Assembly: GCA_965204725.1 (NCBI GenBank)
Contig: OZ242005.1
Span: 2,528,001-2,592,000, forward strand
Reading direction: 5' to 3'
Length of the DNA stretch: 64,000 bases
Source: Candidatus Latescibacterota bacterium
GTDB taxonomy: Bacteria > Latescibacterota > UBA2968 > UBA8231
In this document: positions 39,638-50,329 of the stretch, in pieces
How the letters are laid out: each line of letters starts with the position of its first letter
Numbering within the stretch: position 1 is the first letter of the stretch
Translations under genes and position numbers: made by a program
Notes under the pieces: model-generated
What the model was told of the DNA's origin: nothing
The model's database searches: none
What the model saw: the letters and a program-made list of their open reading frames with translations, nothing else

Positions 39638-40396
39638 ATGTCCCAGCACGAGCACAATGCGCTGCAAGTGCAGGGCGACCGAGTGGTGCTAGGGGAGTGG
39701 TCGGGCGATCTGGAGGAATTGATTGCCAAGAACGTCGCCTTGCGTCAGATGCTGCGCGAAGGGCGCGCCGACGAGGCCCATGCGCTGCTCAAGGCGCAGG
39801 TGGTTGAGGAACAAGCCGCGTTGGTGGCTATAGACGAAAACCCCGAGGAGGTACTCTCCCTGACCGGCATGGACGCCAAAGGCCGCCCGGGGTACTTGCC
39901 CGCCGTCGTCGATAAGCTGCCGTCGGAGATCATCGCCGAGTTAGTCGCCCCCAGCGAGTACAAGCTGGCGCGGTTCAACACCGCGCTTTTGCAAACCATG
40001 TCGGCGGAGTCGTTTGCCCGCGCCGTAGAGGACGCGCTCGACCCAATTTATTACCACGGCAACCGCACTCAGGTATCGTGGGAATGGCTCGAAGCGGTTG
40101 CCGCGCTCGACGATCACAACAAGCGCGCCGCGCTCTTGTACAAGGTGGACCAGAGCCTGTTAGAGGAAGCCTTCCTCGACAAGGTCGATGGCATCGACAT
40201 GCATGCCCAAGTCGGAATCGAGAAACCCGTTTCGGCTTTTCGCCTGTTGTCGGAATCGGGCCAAGCCGTGGTGTTGCCGCCGATCGGCGACCCAGAGATC
40301 GCCGAGGTCATCCACGCCTTGCACCAAGCCGCGCCCGACCTGCTGGCAGCGGTGCTGCGCGCCGCTTGGGAACGAGCCAGCCGAGGGGCGTCGTGA
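39638..40396 (+). CDS. Hypothetical protein
   Basis: RBS AGGAGG, coding-like composition, helical and acidic. Confidence 0.75.
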   Translation: MSQHEHNALQVQGDRVVLGEWSGDLEELIAKNVALRQMLREGRADEAHALLKAQVVEEQAALVAIDENPEEVLSLTGMDAKGRPGYLPAVVDKLPSEIIAELVAPSEYKLARFNTALLQTMSAESFARAVEDALDPIYYHGNRTQVSWEWLEAVAALDDHNKRAALLYKVDQSLLEEAFLDKVDGIDMHAQVGIEKPVSAFRLLSESGQAVVLPPIGDPEIAEVIHALHQAAPDLLAAVLRAAWERASRGAS

Positions 40397-41289
40397 GCCA
40401 GCTAGCGCACGTCGATCTCAACCAAGTCCCACTCGACCGCCATAGTTTCATCGGCCAAGCGGTCGCGGCCGGCCTCGAATACGAGCAGTTGCCGCCGCAC
40501 TTTATGGATTCGCTGCGGGCTTACCTGCGGATTCGCGGGTTGGGCTTTGCCCAGCGCCAGCGCACGGGCATCGCCCTCGGCCGCGACCTGTTGCGCCAAG
40601 GCATGGAGCGGGGCTTGGCCTGCATGGACTTGGCGCTAGAAGAAGCAAGCGGCGGCGACCTCAACGCAGCCGTCGCCCAGCTCAAGAGCGACCCATTTGA
40701 CGCGCTCTACAAGCGGGGTTGGGAGTGCGCTTTCCAGTGCTTAAAGGCGATGCGCCAGCAGGCCCGCGCCTTGGTCGGCTGTCCCGAGCTGGGCTTCTGG
40801 CCCGAGCTACAGCCCAAAGTCGCGGTCTGGGCGCAGCTCGTCCCGGAGACTTGGGCCGGCCCCAGCGTCATCGACCTGCGTACCGACGGCCAGACGCTGC
40901 AAGAGCTAGCTGGCAAAGTGGCCTTTGTCCGCTCGTTGCCCAAGCCATCGGTCGCCGCTTTGCTCGAGCAGGTCGGGGTGGATTTCGCCGGGGTGCTACA
41001 CCGCGTCGTTTTGGCGTTGGCGTTGGGACGGACCGAGCTCGTGGCCAGCGAGGCGCACGTGGCGCGCTTTCGCGCCGAGTGCTTTGCCGCGGGGAGGCTG
41101 CGTCCGCAGGTGCGTCGGCAGGTGTTGGAGCAGGTCGCCGGGCACTTGGAGAACGAGGTAGAAGCCCCGGCGGTCCGGGCCAAAATTGCCGCTGAGTTGG
41201 GCACGGAAATCGCCGTGCTAGAGCGGGCCGCGGTGCGCGACGACCTAGCGGCGTTCTTTTTGTCGCCTTTTTCCGCTCGGGGAATTTGA
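40393..41289 (+). CDS. Hypothetical protein
   Basis: GTG at 40393 overlaps the upstream TGA (GTGA coupling). Confidence 0.7.
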   Translation: MSQLAHVDLNQVPLDRHSFIGQAVAAGLEYEQLPPHFMDSLRAYLRIRGLGFAQRQRTGIALGRDLLRQGMERGLACMDLALEEASGGDLNAAVAQLKSDPFDALYKRGWECAFQCLKAMRQQARALVGCPELGFWPELQPKVAVWAQLVPETWAGPSVIDLRTDGQTLQELAGKVAFVRSLPKPSVAALLEQVGVDFAGVLHRVVLALALGRTELVASEAHVARFRAECFAAGRLRPQVRRQVLEQVAGHLENEVEAPAVRAKIAAELGTEIAVLERAAVRDDLAAFFLSPFSARGI

Positions 41290-41339
41290 GTAGCTTTGCA
41301 AGTCTACTTCCCATGCACTCCCACCTTCTCCGAGGTCTT

Positions 41340-42260
41340 ATGGCTCATCACCAATTCACTCCCACCCACTACCACACGACCATCGGCTGGCACGAGCCGG
41401 TGCTGGCCATCGCCCCGGGCGACGCGGTCTCTACCACGACCGTTGACGCCCGCGGCCAAGACCAGCACGGCGAGCGGGTCACCGAGCGCGGCAACCCCAT
41501 GACCGGCCCTTTCTACGTAGAGGGGGCCGAGCCGGGCGATACGCTGGTCGTTCACTTCGACAAGCTCTATCCCAACCGCGATTGGGGCTGGACGGGCAAG
41601 AGCATCGCTCCCAACGTGCTAGACCCGGGTTTTGCAACCGGGATTGAGCGCGGCGACCCACCGCTCCGGTGGCCGATTGACCTCGCCGCGGGCACGGCAA
41701 CCCAGCCGGAGGTCCTGCCGGGCTTGGTGCTGCCCCTCAGCCCGATGCTGGGCTGTTTTGGAGTGGCCCCGCCGCGCGGTCAGGCCATTTCCACGGCCAC
41801 CTCTTCGACCCACGGCGGCAACATGGACTACCGAGGCTTTGTCGCGGGCGCGACCGTCTATTTGCCGGTTGAGGCCCCGGGGGGCCTCTTCCACCTAGGC
41901 GACGGGCACGCCATCCAAGGCGACGGCGAAATAGTCGGCACGGGCGTGGAAATCTCCTTTGACGCGACGTTTACTGTCGAGGTGATCAAGGGCCGGTCGA
42001 TCGGCTGGCCCCGCGCTGAAAACGCCACCCACATCCTCGCCGTCGGCAATGCGCGTCCCTTAGACCAATGCGTCCAGCACGCCACCAGCGAGCTGGTGAA
42101 TTGGCTCACCCAAGACTACGCGCTTACCGAGTTGAGTGCGCACGCGCTATTGGGACAGTGTGTGGAATACGATCTGGGGAACGTGTACGACCCGGCGTAC
42201 ACCATGGTTTGCAAGGTCGCCAAGGCGCGGCTGGCGGCTCTGGGCGTCGAGCGTTCATAG
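41340..42260 (+). CDS. Acetamidase/formamidase family protein
   Basis: NPMTGPFYVEGAEPGD, PMLGCFGVAP, HGGNMD, GDGHAIQGDGE. Confidence 0.92.
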   Translation: MAHHQFTPTHYHTTIGWHEPVLAIAPGDAVSTTTVDARGQDQHGERVTERGNPMTGPFYVEGAEPGDTLVVHFDKLYPNRDWGWTGKSIAPNVLDPGFATGIERGDPPLRWPIDLAAGTATQPEVLPGLVLPLSPMLGCFGVAPPRGQAISTATSSTHGGNMDYRGFVAGATVYLPVEAPGGLFHLGDGHAIQGDGEIVGTGVEISFDATFTVEVIKGRSIGWPRAENATHILAVGNARPLDQCVQHATSELVNWLTQDYALTELSAHALLGQCVEYDLGNVYDPAYTMVCKVAKARLAALGVERS

Positions 42261-43751
42261 GTCGGCGATGGAGTCGAGGCCCTCGGGCTGCGGCAGGACA
42301 TAGCGGACGGGCTGGATGGTGCCGTCGCGGCGGCGCACCTGTTCGACCCGCTTGCACTTGATGACCGAGTGTTCTATTAGCAGGTCGTCGTCGATTTGGC
42401 AGCCGTAGAGGTAGCTGGTGCCCTTGATAGTTACGCGCTCGCCCACGCGCATGGGGTGCTCGTCGCTGCCGGTCAGGAGCACGCCCGACTCAATGCGGCT
42501 GTGCGCTCCAATCCGCAGGTTTCCCTTGATGATATTGCGGCTGAGTACTTCGACGCGCTCGCCCAGAGCGAGGGTTTGTGCGGGATAAGCACTCAGCTCG
42601 ACGCCGACGCCAATTTGCACCCCCTCGCCGAGCACCACGTGGCCGCTCAGGTGGCTGCGGTCCCCAATGGCGACTCGGCGGTTGAGCTGGACTTGGGGGC
42701 CGATGTAAGTGCCCTTGCCGATGACGATGTCCAAGGGGCCACGCTCTGCATCTAGACTGAGGATCTGTTCAATGACCTCGTCGGCGATGAAGAAGTCCTC
42801 CTCGTCGGCGATGGTGATGGTGTCCTTGAGTCTGTCGTAGGCCCAGCGGCGGGCGATGGCCTCCATCTGCCGCCAGACGCTTTTGACGTTGAAGGCGAGG
42901 AGCGCCTCTTCGCTGTCGGCCGTGGCGGCCCGCACCACGAGCTGGTGCCGATTGAAAATTTGCACCAAGTCGGTCAGCAGCAGCTCGCCTTGGGCATTGT
43001 CGGTGTCGAGGTGCGGGATGTACGTCCGCAGCGCGCTTTCTCTGAAGGCGACGCCGCCGGTGTTGATCTCGCGCGTTTCCAACAACTCTTGGCGGGTAAA
43101 GGTGTAGGTGCGGCCATTGTAGATGGCCTCGTAGGGCGTTGTTGCATCGAGGCTGAGGATGTCCTTGTGCTCCCGGATTTCAATGACCTTGTCGCGGTCG
43201 GCACCCGCTGGCTGTCCCTCGGCGTCGGTGGCTGGGACGCGCACGATGCGGCCATAGAAGTTGGTCTCGGCCGGGCCGCTGTACAGGCAGGTGAGCACCA
43301 TCATGTCGCAGTCGGCGTTTTCAAAGTGGGCGCGGAAGTGGGCTACGACTTGCCCGGTCAACAAGCCCATGTCCCCCAAAAAGATGTACACGTCGCGGTC
43401 GGTCGCCGGCGCCGGGAAGGCTTGGAGGCCGACGCGCACGGCGTCGCCGGTGCCGGCTGGCCGGCCGAGGACCGGGTTTTCTTGGTACGCGAAAAGCCGG
43501 CCCGGCTGGGGGCCGGCCGCGCGGGCGACGTCCTCGCCCTTGATGCCCACGACGATGACCTGATTGGGGCTGTCGAGGCCCTGTTGCACGGCGCGGGCCA
43601 CGCGCACGGCCGTCGGCTGGCCCCAAATCTCGTGCAGCATCTTGGAGGTCTCCGAGCGGATGCGCTTGCCGTGCCCAGCCGCCAAAACGATGCCGATGCG
43701 ATGGATGTCGTCTAAAATGGGCGAACTAATTTTTGCGAGCAGGTCGTGCAT
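42255..43751 (-). CDS. GlmU-like sugar-nucleotidyltransferase with hexapeptide (LbH) C-terminus
   Basis: VLAAGHGKRIRS..SKMLHEI, GTGDAV, GD, YGRIVR, EINTG, NAQGELLLTD. Confidence 0.8.
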   Translation of the reverse strand: MHDLLAKISSPILDDIHRIGIVLAAGHGKRIRSETSKMLHEIWGQPTAVRVARAVQQGLDSPNQVIVVGIKGEDVARAAGPQPGRLFAYQENPVLGRPAGTGDAVRVGLQAFPAPATDRDVYIFLGDMGLLTGQVVAHFRAHFENADCDMMVLTCLYSGPAETNFYGRIVRVPATDAEGQPAGADRDKVIEIREHKDILSLDATTPYEAIYNGRTYTFTRQELLETREINTGGVAFRESALRTYIPHLDTDNAQGELLLTDLVQIFNRHQLVVRAATADSEEALLAFNVKSVWRQMEAIARRWAYDRLKDTITIADEEDFFIADEVIEQILSLDAERGPLDIVIGKGTYIGPQVQLNRRVAIGDRSHLSGHVVLGEGVQIGVGVELSAYPAQTLALGERVEVLSRNIIKGNLRIGAHSRIESGVLLTGSDEHPMRVGERVTIKGTSYLYGCQIDDDLLIEHSVIKCKRVEQVRRRDGTIQPVRYVLPQPEGLDSIADL

Positions 43752-43767
43752 TGTTCTCCTTTCCGGT

Positions 43768-45852
43768 TCACGCGCCCTCTAAGGCGTCGAGGTCCTCGCC
43801 GAGGGCCGCGCGCATGAGTACCTCCTGCATACTATGGCTGGAAACGCCGCGCTCGGGCTGGCGGCGGAGGTACGTGCCGTCTGGGCGCATCTGCCGCGAT
43901 TTGGTGCGATCGGCCAGCGCCAGCGCCAGCAACTCGCGATAGATGCGCCGCTTCAGGCCCGGGTCCAAGATGGGGAAGACGACTTCGACCCGGCCACGCA
44001 GGTTGCGATTCATCCAGTCCGCGCTGCCGAGCCAGACTTCCTCGTCGCCGCCGTTGGCAAAGTAAAAGACCCGGCTGTGTTCTAAGAAGCGGCCAATGAT
44101 GCTGTACACGCGGATGTTTTCGCTGATGCCGTCGAGCCCGGCGCGCAAGCAGCATATCCCGCGCACGATTAGATCGATTTCCACGCCGGCCTGCGAGGCC
44201 GCGTACAAGGCGTTGATGATGGCCGGATCCATGAGGCCGTTCATCTTGGCAATGATGGCGGCCGGCCGATCGGCGCGGGCGTGTTGGCTCTCGCGCTCAA
44301 TGCGGTCGAGCATGCCCTGCATCAGGCCGGCCGGGGCGACTAGCAGTTTTTTGAATTGGCTGGCGCGGTTGTGGGCGGTGAGTAGGTTGAAGACCTCGGC
44401 CACCTCGGCGGTGATCGTCGGCTCCGCGGTGATCAGCCCCAGATCCGTGTAGAGCCGAGCGGTGGTATGGTTGTAATTGCCGGTCCCCAAGTGGGCGTAG
44501 CGGCGCAGGCGATCTTGGTCGCGGCGCACCAGCATGGAGAGCTTGCAATGGGTCTTCAGGCCCATGATGCCATAGACCACGTGGATGCCGCTGTCTTCGA
44601 GCCGCTTGGCCCACTCGATATTGGCCTCTTCGTCGCCGCGGGCCTTTAGCTCGACGAGCACGGTCACCTCCTTGCGGCGCTCGGCCGCGTCGATGAGGGC
44701 CTGTCCCACCTCTGAATCGTCGCCCGTGCGGTAGATGGTCTGCTTGATCGCCAGCACTTTGGGATCGTTGGCCGCCATGCGGATGAATTCAGTGACCGTG
44801 GCAAACGACTCGTAGGGGTGGTGCAGGAGGACGTCGCCGGCGCGAATGGACGCGAAGAACGCCTCCGGCTCTTGGGGGAGGTCGCGTTTGACTGGCGAGA
44901 AGGGGGCGTCCTTGAGCTTGGGGCGCGGGACGAGGCCGTACAGGGTCATGACTCGGTGGAGATTGACCGGCCCGGCCACCCGAAACACGAGGCGGTCGTC
45001 GAGGTCGAACTCCTGTTGCAAAAGCGATACCAACCGATCGGGCGCACCGGCGGCGATTTCCAGCCGCACCGCGTCGGCTTGACGCTGCTTGGTTACTTGC
45101 TCGGCAATTTCTTCGAGCAGGTTGTCGGCGTCTTCTTCGTTGACGTACAGCTCGCTGTTGCGGGTGATGCGGAACGGGGCCGAGCCGAGGACCTCGTAGC
45201 CGCGGAACAGCGCTCTGACTTGCAGGTCCATGATCCCGGCCAAGGTCACAAAGTGGTGGTCGGAGCCTTGGCCGGGCAGGCGCAGGATGCGCGGCAATAC
45301 GCGCGGCACGGTCGCCACGCCCATCACCGACTGGCCCTGTCCTTCGAGCAAAGCCCCGATGCACAGGGCCTTGTTGAGCACGCGGGGGAAGGGATGAGCC
45401 GGATCGACGATGATGGGCGTGAGGATGGGTTCGAGCTCTTCTTCCCAGTATTGATGCACAAAGTCGAGGTGCTCGCCTTTGAGCTGGCGCGCTTCCCACA
45501 GATAGATGCCCTCGGCCGCCAGTGCCGGAATGAGGTCCTCGTTCCAGCAGCGATACTGCTCGGCAACCTGCTCGTGGGCCTGTTGGGCGATGCGCTCTAG
45601 CTGCTCGGCCGGGGTCATCCCGTCGGGGCGGCTGGGGTTGGCCCCCGACTCGTGTAATTGCAACAAGCCAGCGACCCGGATTTCGTAGAACTCGTCGAGG
45701 TTGCTGGCGACGATGGCCATGAACTTGACGCGCTCCAACAGGGGGTTGCGCTCGTCTTGGGCTTCTTCGAGCACCCGGGCGTTAAAGTCGAGCCAAGACA
45801 GCTCGCGGTTGATGTAGAGCGAGGGATGGCCTATTGAGTCTTTAGCCGACAT
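43768..45852 (-). CDS. ppk1: Polyphosphate kinase 1
   Basis: NRELSWLDFNARVL, LLHHPYESF, KTHCK, GTGNYN, GRFLEHSR, GSADWM.RNL. Confidence 0.97.
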   Translation of the reverse strand: MSAKDSIGHPSLYINRELSWLDFNARVLEEAQDERNPLLERVKFMAIVASNLDEFYEIRVAGLLQLHESGANPSRPDGMTPAEQLERIAQQAHEQVAEQYRCWNEDLIPALAAEGIYLWEARQLKGEHLDFVHQYWEEELEPILTPIIVDPAHPFPRVLNKALCIGALLEGQGQSVMGVATVPRVLPRILRLPGQGSDHHFVTLAGIMDLQVRALFRGYEVLGSAPFRITRNSELYVNEEDADNLLEEIAEQVTKQRQADAVRLEIAAGAPDRLVSLLQQEFDLDDRLVFRVAGPVNLHRVMTLYGLVPRPKLKDAPFSPVKRDLPQEPEAFFASIRAGDVLLHHPYESFATVTEFIRMAANDPKVLAIKQTIYRTGDDSEVGQALIDAAERRKEVTVLVELKARGDEEANIEWAKRLEDSGIHVVYGIMGLKTHCKLSMLVRRDQDRLRRYAHLGTGNYNHTTARLYTDLGLITAEPTITAEVAEVFNLLTAHNRASQFKKLLVAPAGLMQGMLDRIERESQHARADRPAAIIAKMNGLMDPAIINALYAASQAGVEIDLIVRGICCLRAGLDGISENIRVYSIIGRFLEHSRVFYFANGGDEEVWLGSADWMNRNLRGRVEVVFPILDPGLKRRIYRELLALALADRTKSRQMRPDGTYLRRQPERGVSSHSMQEVLMRAALGEDLDALEGA

Positions 45853-45858
45853 GAGGCC

Positions 45859-46662
45859 CTAGCCGAGCGCGGCGATGGTTGCGCGCACGAATTCCACCGA
45901 TTTTCTGAGTGCTTCCCGGCGCTCGCCGGCAATGCCGCACTCGTAGGCCAGATACCCGCTAAAGCCGATGTCCTTGAGGGCCTGTAAGCCGGCTCGCCAA
46001 TCGATGTCGCCAGTGCCCGGCTGTAGGCGCGTGTTGTCTGCCAAATGGACGTGGGCTACGTGCTTGCCGGCTTGGCGGAAGGCGGCGGGCGTGTCGGTCT
46101 CTTCGATGTGCATGTGGAAGAAGTCGCTGAGCAGGGCCACGCCTTGGGGGCTGCCGGCGCGCTCGATGATTTCGACGCCATCGGCTTGGCGGCGCAAGAG
46201 GTGTTGCTCGTAGCGGTTGAGCGGTTCGAGCAAGAGCAGGGTGCCCTTGCTGGCGGCCCAAGCGGCGAGCTCTTTTACCAACTCGACGAGCAGGGCCTTC
46301 TCTAGGGAAATGGCGTCTTGCAGCGGCGACAGGTCGGGGATGCGCGGCGGCCCAAAGATGGGCGGGACGATCTGGCCGACCGCTTGGAAGTGCCCGCAGG
46401 CGGTGAGTTGGCGGCGCGTCTCGGCGAGGCTGTTGGCGCGCTTGCGCGGGTCGGGGTCGAGCCAGTCAAAGGTCTCTTGGCCGCATATAGAAGCAATCTT
46501 AATAGAGCGACCAGCGAGGGCCTTTTCGTACTTTTCAATGTGGTCGTACAGGCGCGTGCCGCCGCTGACCTCTAGCCCTTCAATGGCGAGCGATTCGGCG
46601 AAGTCGAGCTTTTCGGCGAGGCTTTCTCCGGGCAGTAGCCCTTCCTGTAAGGCAATTTTCAT
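45859..46662 (-). CDS. Sugar-phosphate isomerase/epimerase (xylose-isomerase-like TIM barrel)
   Basis: LEPLNRYE, DFFHM.IEE, HVHLAD.TR..PGTGDID, YEC. Confidence 0.9.
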   Translation of the reverse strand: MKIALQEGLLPGESLAEKLDFAESLAIEGLEVSGGTRLYDHIEKYEKALAGRSIKIASICGQETFDWLDPDPRKRANSLAETRRQLTACGHFQAVGQIVPPIFGPPRIPDLSPLQDAISLEKALLVELVKELAAWAASKGTLLLLEPLNRYEQHLLRRQADGVEIIERAGSPQGVALLSDFFHMHIEETDTPAAFRQAGKHVAHVHLADNTRLQPGTGDIDWRAGLQALKDIGFSGYLAYECGIAGERREALRKSVEFVRATIAALG

Positions 46663-46775
46663 GGCGTCCTTTCTCGCGGCGTCTCAGCATTAAAACTGGA
46701 CGCCGCGCTTGACGTTAAGTTCGTTTTTAAGGTTTATAGCGAGCCAAAATATACACTGCCAAAGGAGGATATGCC

Positions 46776-47738
46776 ATGCCAGAACGCGTACAGATCGTAG
46801 TGCCCGGCGACAATCCCACTCAGATCGCCGGTTCGCCGCATTTGCAGCGGCTCGCGCCCTACGGGGACGTCACCCTGTTTGCGGATACGCCGCAAAGCGC
46901 GGGCGAGAAAATCGCCCGGGCCGAGGGGGCCCAAATCATCATCAACTCGCGCGGGGTCGTCACGTGGCGCGAGGAAATGCGCCGCTTGCCCGCGCTCAAA
47001 ATGATCGCCACCTGCTCCATCGGCACGGACATGATCGACTTGGCGATTGCCAAGGAGTGCGGAATCGTGGTGTCGAACCAGCCCGGCCGCACCGCGCCCG
47101 TGGTGGCCGAACACATGTTCGGGCTGATGTTTGCCCTGTCCAAGCGCGCTTATTTTCAGACGGCCGAGCTCAAGGCGGGGCGCTGGACGCGCAAGATGAA
47201 CACCATGCTACAGGGCAAGGTGCTGGGCGTGGTCGGCACGGGGCCGATTGGCGCGGAGATGGCGCGGTTGGGGCGGGCTATCGGCATGGAGGTCATCGCG
47301 TGGACCTTTCATCCGTCGCCGCAGCGTGCGGCCGAATACGGGGTGCGCTTCGTCGCGCTCGACGAGCTGTTGCAGACAGCGGACGTGGTCAGCCTGCACG
47401 TGCGGCTGACCGAGGATACTCGGCACTTGCTCGGGGCGCGCGAGTTTGGCCTAATGAAGGAGGGGGCGCTGGTGTTGAACGGCGCGCGCGGCGATGTGCT
47501 CGACATCCATGCCTTACGCACGGCCCTGTTGTCCGGGCATTTGGGCGGCGCCGGGCTCGACGTATTTTCACAGGAGCCGCTGCCGAGCGACGACCCCATT
47601 CTCGATTGCGAGCAGGTGGTGCTGACGCCGCATGCCGCGGATCAAACGCCTGAGGGAGTGGATTTGTTGAACGAGGGCGCGGTAGATAATGTGATTGCGT
47701 TTTTGCAGGGGCGGCCGCAAAACAACGTGGCCGTGTGA
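46776..47738 (+). CDS. D-2-hydroxyacid dehydrogenase (SerA/glycerate DH-like)
   Basis: VAEH, GVVGTGPIG, DVVSLH, N.ARG, AGLDVF..EP, LTPH. Confidence 0.92.
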   Translation: MPERVQIVVPGDNPTQIAGSPHLQRLAPYGDVTLFADTPQSAGEKIARAEGAQIIINSRGVVTWREEMRRLPALKMIATCSIGTDMIDLAIAKECGIVVSNQPGRTAPVVAEHMFGLMFALSKRAYFQTAELKAGRWTRKMNTMLQGKVLGVVGTGPIGAEMARLGRAIGMEVIAWTFHPSPQRAAEYGVRFVALDELLQTADVVSLHVRLTEDTRHLLGAREFGLMKEGALVLNGARGDVLDIHALRTALLSGHLGGAGLDVFSQEPLPSDDPILDCEQVVLTPHAADQTPEGVDLLNEGAVDNVIAFLQGRPQNNVAV

Positions 47739-47772
47739 GTGCGAGATACGACGGCCATAATTAGGAGAGGCT

Positions 47773-48483
47773 ATGAATGACGAAAAGCAGCTAGAACGAG
47801 AAAACAAGAAATTTGTCGCGGCCTTGGGGCGCGAGCCGTCCTTGGAAGCAGTGGACGATGCGAAGCGGACGGATCTGCACCATGCAGCCGCATTGAACCT
47901 GCCCGCCCTTTCTACCTTCCTGCTGCACGGCGGGGCCGATGTCAACGCCAAGGACGAGGAAGGGATGATACCGCTGCACAGCGCGTCAATGAAGGATGCG
48001 CTTGAGGTCGCGAGGATTTTGCTGGACCGCGACACAGATGTCAACGCCAAGGACAAGGACGGCCTGACGCCCCTGCATGTTGCGACCGCACGGAATGCGC
48101 TGACGGTGGCGGAGTTTCTGCTCGAAAACGGCGCGGATATCAACGCCAAAAACTACTACAATGGCCTGACGCCTTTGCACCTTGCAACCGCGCGGAATGA
48201 GGTGGCGGTGGCGGAGTTTCTGCTCGAAAACGGCGCGGATGCCAACGCCAAGAACTACCACGACGGCCTGACGCCCCTGCACATTGCGACGATGCGGAAT
48301 GTTTTTCGGGTAGCCGAAATTTTGCTCGACAACGGCGCAGATGTCAACGCCAAGACGCGCGACGGCTGGACGCCGCTGTTTCTTGCCAAGCACAAAAAAG
48401 ACACGGTCGGGTTGGTGCTTCGCTTCTTTGGGATGGAGACGAGTATGGTTCGTTTGTTGCGCTGGCACGGGGGCGAGGAATAA
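47773..48483 (+). CDS. Ankyrin-repeat protein (no N-terminal anchor)
   Basis: About six GLTPLH...LLENGADVNAK repeats. Confidence 0.9.
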   Translation: MNDEKQLERENKKFVAALGREPSLEAVDDAKRTDLHHAAALNLPALSTFLLHGGADVNAKDEEGMIPLHSASMKDALEVARILLDRDTDVNAKDKDGLTPLHVATARNALTVAEFLLENGADINAKNYYNGLTPLHLATARNEVAVAEFLLENGADANAKNYHDGLTPLHIATMRNVFRVAEILLDNGADVNAKTRDGWTPLFLAKHKKDTVGLVLRFFGMETSMVRLLRWHGGEE

Positions 48484-48517
48484 ACAGTTGGGAGCACGTC
48501 AAACGAAAGGAAAACCC

Positions 48518-49546
48518 ATGAAAAACGTCGAGCAGGATGCGCCGCCACTAAAGCAGCCTAAGCAGCCCCGACCTAAGCGGCTTGCCCTAGCCTTGGGCGT
48601 GGCGGCGGTCTTGGTGGGGGGCATAATGTGTGGTGGACAGGACTCGGAGATGGACCCCGCAGAAAACGAGAGCTGGACGCTACTGCATCACGCGGCGTGG
48701 AAGGATTCTTCTGCGACAGCGAAGATGCTGCTGGAAAACGGAGCAGACCCAAACGCAAAAGACGACGAGGACCGGACGCCCCTGCACTGGGCGGCGTCGG
48801 GTCGTGCCATTGCGACGACGACGATGCTGCTCGAAAACGGAGCAGACGCAAGAGCAAAAGACAGCGAGGGCAAGACATCGCTGCACTGGGCGGCGTCTTC
48901 TAATGCCGATATGGTAACAACGATGTTGCTGGAAAACGGGGCGGACGTAAACGCAAAAGACGACGAGGACCGGACGCCCCTGCACTGGGCGATATCTTTT
49001 GGTGCCGTTGCGACCGCAAAGGTGTTGCTGGAAAGCGGCGCAGACGTAAACGCAAAAAACAACCACAGCCGGACGCCCCTGCACGAAACGGCGTGGCAGA
49101 AAGCGGCGGCGGCGGCGAGGATATTGCTGGAAAACGGCGCGGATGCAAACGTCAAAAGCAGCAAAGGCCGGACGCCCCTGCACGAAACGGCGGCGACGGA
49201 TGCGGCGGCGGTGGCGATGCTGCTGCTGGAGAACGGCGCAGACGTAAACGTCCGAGAAAACGAGGGCAGAACGCCGCTGCACGAAGCGGCGGGGAAGGAT
49301 GCCGTTGCGACCGCGAAGGTGTTGTTAGAAAATGGAGCGGATGTAAACGCCAAGAGCAACAAGGGCCGGACGCCCCTGCACTGGGCGGTGGTAGTGGATG
49401 CGGCGGCGACAACAAAAGTGTTGCTGGAAAACGGAGCACACGTAAACGCCCAGGACAACGAAGGCTGGACGCCGCTAATCTGGGCGGAGTTTAAGAATGC
49501 CGCTGCGGCAACGGAGGTATTGCACCAGTACGGTGCGCGCAAGTGA
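48518..49546 (+). CDS. Membrane-anchored ankyrin protein, 9 repeats
   Basis: Leader MKNVEQDAPP...LALALGVAAVLVGG, ankyrin repeats, C-cap ...YGARK. Confidence 0.92.
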   Translation: MKNVEQDAPPLKQPKQPRPKRLALALGVAAVLVGGIMCGGQDSEMDPAENESWTLLHHAAWKDSSATAKMLLENGADPNAKDDEDRTPLHWAASGRAIATTTMLLENGADARAKDSEGKTSLHWAASSNADMVTTMLLENGADVNAKDDEDRTPLHWAISFGAVATAKVLLESGADVNAKNNHSRTPLHETAWQKAAAAARILLENGADANVKSSKGRTPLHETAATDAAAVAMLLLENGADVNVRENEGRTPLHEAAGKDAVATAKVLLENGADVNAKSNKGRTPLHWAVVVDAAATTKVLLENGAHVNAQDNEGWTPLIWAEFKNAAAATEVLHQYGARK

Positions 49547-49577
49547 AAGGCTCAGTTTCCAATGGCAAGGAAAACCC

Positions 49578-50291
49578 ATGAAAAGCGTTGAGCCGGACGC
49601 GCCGCCACGGGAGCGGCCTGAGAAGACCCGATTTAAGCAGCTTGCCGTAGCCTTGGGCGTGGCGGCTGTCTTGGTTGGGGGCCTATCCCTATTCACCGCC
49701 AAAAACGACGCCGGACGGACACCCCTGCACGAAGCGGCGAGAGCAGATGCTACGGCGACCGCGAAGATGCTGCTCGAAAACGGAGCACACGTAAACGCAA
49801 AAGACAACAGGGGCCGGACGCCCCTACAAAGAGCGGCGGGGGTGGATGGGGCGGCGACCGCGAAGATGCTGCTCGAAAACGGGGCGCACGTAAACGCAAA
49901 GGACAACGACGGCTGGACACCGCTGCACGGAGCGGCGTTTGCGGATGGGGCGGCGACCGCGAAGATGCTGCTGGAAAACGGAGCACACGTAAACGCAAAA
50001 GACAACAAGAGCCGGACACCGCTACACGAAGCGGCGTTTGCGGATGCGGCGGCGACCGCGAAGATATTGTTGGAAAACGGGGCGCACGTAAACGCAAAAA
50101 GCAACAAGGGCCGGACGCCCCTGCACTGGGCGGTGGTAGTCGATGCGGCGGCAACAACAAAAGTGTTGCTGGAAAACGGAGCACACGTAAACGCAAAAGA
50201 CAACGAGGGCTGGACGCCCCTGATCTGGGCGGAGTTTAAGAATGCTGATGCGGCAACGGAGGTGTTGCACCAGTACGGTGCGCGCAAGTGA
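49578..50291 (+). CDS. Membrane-anchored ankyrin protein, 6 repeats
   Basis: Same leader and C-cap; RBS AAGGA. Confidence 0.92.
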   Translation: MKSVEPDAPPRERPEKTRFKQLAVALGVAAVLVGGLSLFTAKNDAGRTPLHEAARADATATAKMLLENGAHVNAKDNRGRTPLQRAAGVDGAATAKMLLENGAHVNAKDNDGWTPLHGAAFADGAATAKMLLENGAHVNAKDNKSRTPLHEAAFADAAATAKILLENGAHVNAKSNKGRTPLHWAVVVDAAATTKVLLENGAHVNAKDNEGWTPLIWAEFKNADAATEVLHQYGARK

Positions 50292-50329
50292 AAGGCTCAG
50301 TTTCCAATGGAGCTTGGCAAGGAAAACCT

